Below are positions 41,255 to 44,740 of a stretch of 44,740 bases of DNA, one piece after another. Positions within the stretch are counted from its first letter, which is position 1. Each line of letters begins with the position of its first letter. The notes beneath the pieces are model-generated. The model was not told where the DNA came from, ran no database searches, and saw only the letters and a program-made list of their open reading frames with translations. A program made the position numbers and the translations under genes. Origin of the DNA: Craspedostauros australis (Eukaryota); the NCBI GenBank assembly GCA_030167865.1, contig JALAGF010004138.1:1-44740 (forward strand), read 5' to 3'.

Positions 41255-41907
41255 GGCCGTATTGGGAAGACGCGGTCGACGACGCAACATCAGCAAAGAA
41301 GCACACACTATCTCGGCGTGCCTCTTCAGAATCGATCAGCGCATGAATCGCGACTCATAATTCATTCGAACCAATGCCGGGCAGCATGGATGGATTGAGA
41401 CATGGGTTGCAAGGAAGCCACAAGTCCATTCTCATCTCGCCAGCTCCGCATCTATTATATGTTCTTTTTCTTCACAATAGCCCATAGTGTACAATTTAAT
41501 GTGCCGCCAAGGGGAAAATGATAGAGTATTGACCCGAATGATGATGTTTGCTGTGCCATCTCAAGGAACGAAGCGCCGCATCACAAAACAGTCAGCCAAT
41601 TTGCTTCAGAATAGTAGTGTGCGAACTGCCACGGAAGCAAGGAGATGAGGCTGCCTCTCCCTCCCATACGCGTACACGTGCTGCTGCGGTTTTGTCGAAT
41701 GCAGAACTCTTCGTGCACACATCATCACTTCCCATCGAATGCGGACCGTTCTCATGAGCGGCTTGTCAGCTATGGTTGAGCCACAGAAGGAAGAGAGGAG
41801 ACGGGAAGAAGAGTGGATTCGTCGTGGAGTCCATATGTATAGATACCTCATATATAGTATATCATACAAAGTGGATAAATTGGGACTGAAACCGATCGTG
41901 CTATCAG

Positions 41908-41915
41908 TGACGTCA
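41908..41915. promoter_or_regulatory. TGACGTCA palindrome upstream of the plastid peroxiredoxin
   Basis: Exact match about 295 bp upstream of the ATG at 42209. Confidence 0.25.
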
Positions 41916-42208
41916 TCGTGATATCTTTCCCATCAGGCCAAACGATTGATCTGCGTCATTCCTTTCGCTGTGCAGAGAACACGCTGGAACGACTTCGCAC
42001 AACACCCTTGTCGCAACCAGGAGAGGGAAAGATCCAAATGGCCTCAGCGGACATGCGCTGGTGGACATCGCTAACAAAAGACAACGATCCACGAAGGTCC
42101 CATCGTTTCGATTTGGTTCCAACACAATCCTGTATCTCAACCGAACTTTCCGTCACACGCTCGAACACAGCGCACCACAGAGCACTGCACAACACGCTCA
42201 CGTTCGCA

Positions 42209-43276
42209 ATGGCCCTCCGTCAACTGACCCTCTTCCTCGCATTTCTTTCGTTCGCCTCCGCTTTCGTGACCAGCTCCCCCCAGCGCCCAACCTTCCGTCC
42301 ACACCTTGCAGCCAGCGTCGAATCCGAGATGACTGAAGTCAAAGCAGGAGACAAGATCCCTTCCGTCACCCTCACAGAGGGCCTGGCTGATTTCCAGAAC
42401 AAGGACTATGACATCGCCGAGCTGATCGCCGGAAAGAAGGTCGCCATCTTCGGTGTGCCAGGTGCCTTCACCCCAGGCTGCTCCAAGTCCCACCTCCCAT
42501 CCTTCATGAAGGCACAGGATGAACTCAAGGCCAAGGGTGTCGATCTCACCATCTGCATCGCAACCAACGATCCTTTCGTCATGGGAGTGAGTCATCCCCA
42601 ACTACGTACTCTGTGTGTTGTGTGTGTTCATCTTGCTCTTACTGGGCGACGACCAATTGCCCTTGACGATGACCGCTTTGAAGTGACTGCTGTTGTTGAA
42701 TGTCATATCATACAAACTGTTGCTGGCGCCACCAGAGCCTGGGTCAACCACAAACGATGATGGAAGAGATCACAACACAAGGAATCTTTGCTGATAGCGG
42801 AGGTGGCGGATGTTCTTATTGCGCCATTCTTGATGACTTCATCCACATCTCAACCATGATGTTCCGATCCCTCATGTTCGTTTCCTTTTTCGACAAAACG
42901 CATTTGATTCTGCATCTTCTCTCCATGCACCGCGATCCTTGAATCGAAACTACTCGACGTACTCTACGAATTCACATCCTCTTCAATGCAAACATCCAAA
43001 TCGACTATACATGAATGCTCGCACAAACACCGATGCGTCGACAACCATACGCAGGCATGGGGCCGAGAATCTGGTGGTGCCGATGCTGGAATCATGTTCC
43101 TCGCTGATTCCAACGCCGAATTGACCAAGGCGCTTGGACTTGTCATGGAGACCCCGATGATGCCACGCACTAAGCGTTTCTCTTTGATTGCCGAGGATGG
43201 TGTCGTCACGCATTACTTCTCGTCCGCCGAAGAGTCATCCAACACGTGGGCGCCAGCAGTTCTGGCAAAGATGTGA
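42209..43276 (+). CDS. Plastid-targeted type II peroxiredoxin (PRDX5 family), 2 exons
   Basis: Exons 42209-42586 and 43055-43276 (intron GTGAGT...GCAG, phase 0). Signal peptide ending ASA/FV plus a transit peptide. Motifs: GDKIP, GVPGAFTPGCSKSHLP (peroxidatic Cys), NDPFVMG|AWG, FLADSNAELTKALGL, RTKRFSLI. Confidence 0.95.
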
Positions 43277-43329
43277 GCATGCACAGTTAGCTGACGTACG
43301 AGTAAATAATATCACAGTTATTGCATGCA

Positions 43330-43660
43330 AGCAGAGAGCGTTGACAGATCTATGCATGCAGTCACAGGAACCGTGGTGGCGACCGCTGCAAGATTTGCCA
43401 TGGCTGTTGCTGCTTCAGCCACAAGAGCCTCCGCCATGAATGTGATGCCTTCAGCCAGGACCGCGGCCGAAGCTTCAGCTGTGATCTGGACTGAAACTGT
43501 AGAAGCGTCCACGAGGATGGCGTCCAAGAGAGGTGTAACTGATTCTACGCTCGCGGGATGATCAAAGGATTATCCGATACATCCAGGTCCGCTGCTATGG
43601 CCGAAATCGTCACCGCCATTGCTTGTCACATGTTTCATTCCATGTCCTTGTTGGTTTGGG
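43330..43660 (-). pseudogene. Decayed Gly/Arg-rich coding relic, possibly a retrotransposon gag-like fragment
   Basis: A minus-strand frame reads GRHPRGRF...S*SFGRGPG*RHHIHGGGSCG*SSNSHGKSCSGRHHG...RSVNAL. The stops are TGA, and His/Cys codons sit where Arg would restore RG repeats. Confidence 0.3.
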
Positions 43661-43908
43661 TGGAGTAGTCTTACGATCTTTGGTGTGTTCTGAACCTCGG
43701 GATGATTGCGAACCCCGTTTCCTCCCACAAATCTTCTCGGTTTGTGAGTCAGGAGGTGGCGTGAGAATGGGGCGCAGCATCTGCGGAACACTTCGTTCTC
43801 CCACACATTCCATGTTTGGGTCGATTTGACCTCAAGGGAAAGGTGTCATTCTCAAATCATTCATCATCCAGGCACTGATTCATTTGACTCATTATCCCCA
43901 CAACAACC

Positions 43909-44305
43909 ATGCTGCGGTCTTTGATGTCAACAAGGATCGTCCCCAATGGCATTTCGCGTGGGCGCTCACGGACAGATGTCGCCGCAATAAGACGAATGCT
44001 GTCCTCGAATTCGCTGACAGCCGCCGAGGCTGGTCAGCGCGCGCAACAACTTGCGCTCACTCGTCGAGGCGGAGAGAAGGATGGAACGGCGTACAAGCCA
44101 ACTTCGTTGGACACGATCACCGCACACTCTGGTCTGCCAAGAGGATTGAATGCAGCGCTTGCGGCACCGCTCGTGCTTGCGTCCACGTACGAACGCCCTG
44201 CGGATGGCAATTTTGAGCCGTCTCATTCAATCTACACGAGAATTGACAACCCCACCAGATTGGAGCTGGAGAAGGCGATCTTCTCACTTGAAACACACGG
44301 GCTAA
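43909..44305 (+). CDS. 5' part of a Cys/Met-metabolism PLP enzyme (cystathionine gamma-synthase/lyase family) with a mitochondrial-type presequence; incomplete in the window
   Basis: An Arg/Ser-rich presequence is followed by SLDTITAHSG...ALAAPLVLASTYE...IYTRIDNPTRLELEKAIFSLE, the canonical N-terminus of this family. Similarity stops at about 44305. Confidence 0.8.
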
Positions 44306-44740
44306 GTTGGGACAGACTTGGTCCGGGATCCACTCGGGACTCAATCGTCCGCGTTGCGTACACGGTACCCGGTATCCGAACCCGATACTGCCATGAAAGG
44401 CTACCGCGCGCATGGTGTATAGTTGAACCACAATCCATGCTCTGCTCATCCTCCAGCTCATGCAACCGCGCCACCTGTTCAGCTAACCATCTTGCGAATC
44501 CTGCAGGCATCTTGAAGCATATCCACACCCGTGGATCAAGTACTGCTCTACAGATGGGGCTACTGAACAGCTGGGTATGTGCAGAACCATCACGACATGT
44601 TGCTGTACAACACAAACGGCTCAAGCACGATAGCATGAATCCTGCCCTTTTACTCGATCGTCCTGTCAACAGTAAGCTTAACACATAAAACAAGCAATCA
44701 GAAACAATCTTACCAGTTTACCTTCAAGTCTACTACAGTT

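Noticed and set aside
44306-44688. Continuation of the 43909 ORF to 259 aa, and the antisense 153-aa ORF
   Set aside because: Neither shows Cys/Met PLP-enzyme or transposase motifs. Treated as read-through into an intron or insertion.

Overview
Eukaryotic, gene-dense, intron-containing nuclear DNA, almost certainly from a diatom (probably pennate). The evidence is GT-AG introns of about 136-468 bp, a peroxiredoxin with a signal peptide plus ASAF-type bipartite plastid presequence, and a diatom-style type II membrane LRR protein. I read about 15 protein-coding genes. Four are low-complexity hypothetical proteins and one is a probable mitochondrial protein of unknown function. The recognisable genes are a 3-exon branched-chain aminotransferase, an MDR-family oxidoreductase fused to a long disordered N-terminus, two tandem membrane-anchored luminal kinases resembling PKDCC/POMK, a 4-exon FANCJ/RTEL1-like Fe-S helicase, a 5-exon LRR membrane protein, an ankyrin-repeat protein, a TM-RING protein, a plastid type II peroxiredoxin and the 5' part of a cystathionine gamma-synthase/lyase-family gene. 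The most unusual observations are: (1) a PDZ-like domain inserted inside the helicase Fe-S domain, together with an N-terminal Cys/His domain; (2) the tandem secretory-pathway kinases, one carrying an acidic/His-rich RRL insert; (3) a short D-x-hydrophobic-W-x-x-hydrophobic-hydrophobic-x-D motif near the N-terminus of several neighbouring disordered proteins; (4) a GAGTACTC palindrome in three of the four convergent gene spacers, with a one-mismatch copy in the fourth. I found no RNA genes, CRISPR arrays or intact mobile elements. All family assignments come from recognising motifs by eye, not from database searches.
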